IMG/VR virus record: IMGVR_UViG_3300042870_001427
Location: 100,147 to 164,146 of that record
DNA from: a virus
Lineage: Duplodnaviria > Heunggongvirae > Uroviricota > Caudoviricetes
Direction: 5' to 3' (one strand)
Length of the DNA: 64,000 nucleotides
Each line of letters begins with the position of its first letter. Position 1 is the first letter of the stretch. Shown here piece by piece: positions 63,974-64,000 of the stretch. Position numbers and translations under genes: made by a program. The notes under the pieces are model-generated. The model ran no database searches. It was not told the origin of the DNA and worked only from the letters and a program-made list of their open reading frames with translations.

Positions 63974-64000
63974 ATCCGTATGAGCACTTATCACATTGGC

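Noticed and set aside
1-64000. Integrase, attachment sites or other prophage boundaries, and transposons.
   Set aside because: None were seen. The content is that of a virulent T4-like genome segment with contiguous late and early modules. The only mobile-type gene is the free-standing HEG.

Overview
This window is a segment of a T4-like myovirus genome. Almost every gene is on the + strand and the order follows T4 synteny closely. No database search was possible; every protein call rests on motifs read directly from the translations. From start to end it holds:
- five paralogous, repeat-rich tail-fibre/receptor-binding genes, one ending in an S74-type intramolecular-chaperone domain;
- neck proteins gp13/gp14/gp15, terminase gp16/gp17, tail sheath gp18, tail tube gp19 and portal gp20;
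- prohead core gp67, prohead protease gp21 and scaffold gp22, then major capsid protein gp23 (unmistakable), with a terminator after it;
- UvsY, UvsW, late sigma factor gp55, and the Mre11/Rad50-like pair gp47/gp46;
- a peptide deformylase;
- a 7-deazaguanine (queuosine-precursor) DNA-modification cluster (folE, queD, queE, dpdA-like, queF, queC) decorated with formyltransferase-like, dNK-like kinase, Gat-like amidotransferase, dCTP-deaminase-like and GT-A glycosyltransferase-like genes;
- sliding clamp gp45 and clamp loader gp44, then a two-gene insertion, then gp62 and RegA;
- a hyperplastic early region built from repeated sigma70-like promoter cassettes (TTGACT-N17-TATAAT plus a conserved palindrome and a shared leader), a reverse-strand homing-endonuclease-like gene, and a promoter-driven GC-richer noncoding region ending in a tRNA-like module with encoded CCA;
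- a tandem array of at least 10 paralogous small genes joined by a conserved nucleotide junction (HFGVEE-stop overlapping ATG-NERIKEL), interspersed with cargo genes that reuse the junction, including an SPFH-domain lipoprotein.
The most novel-looking items are the junction-defined cassette array, the decorated deazaguanine cluster and the tRNA-like ncRNA.
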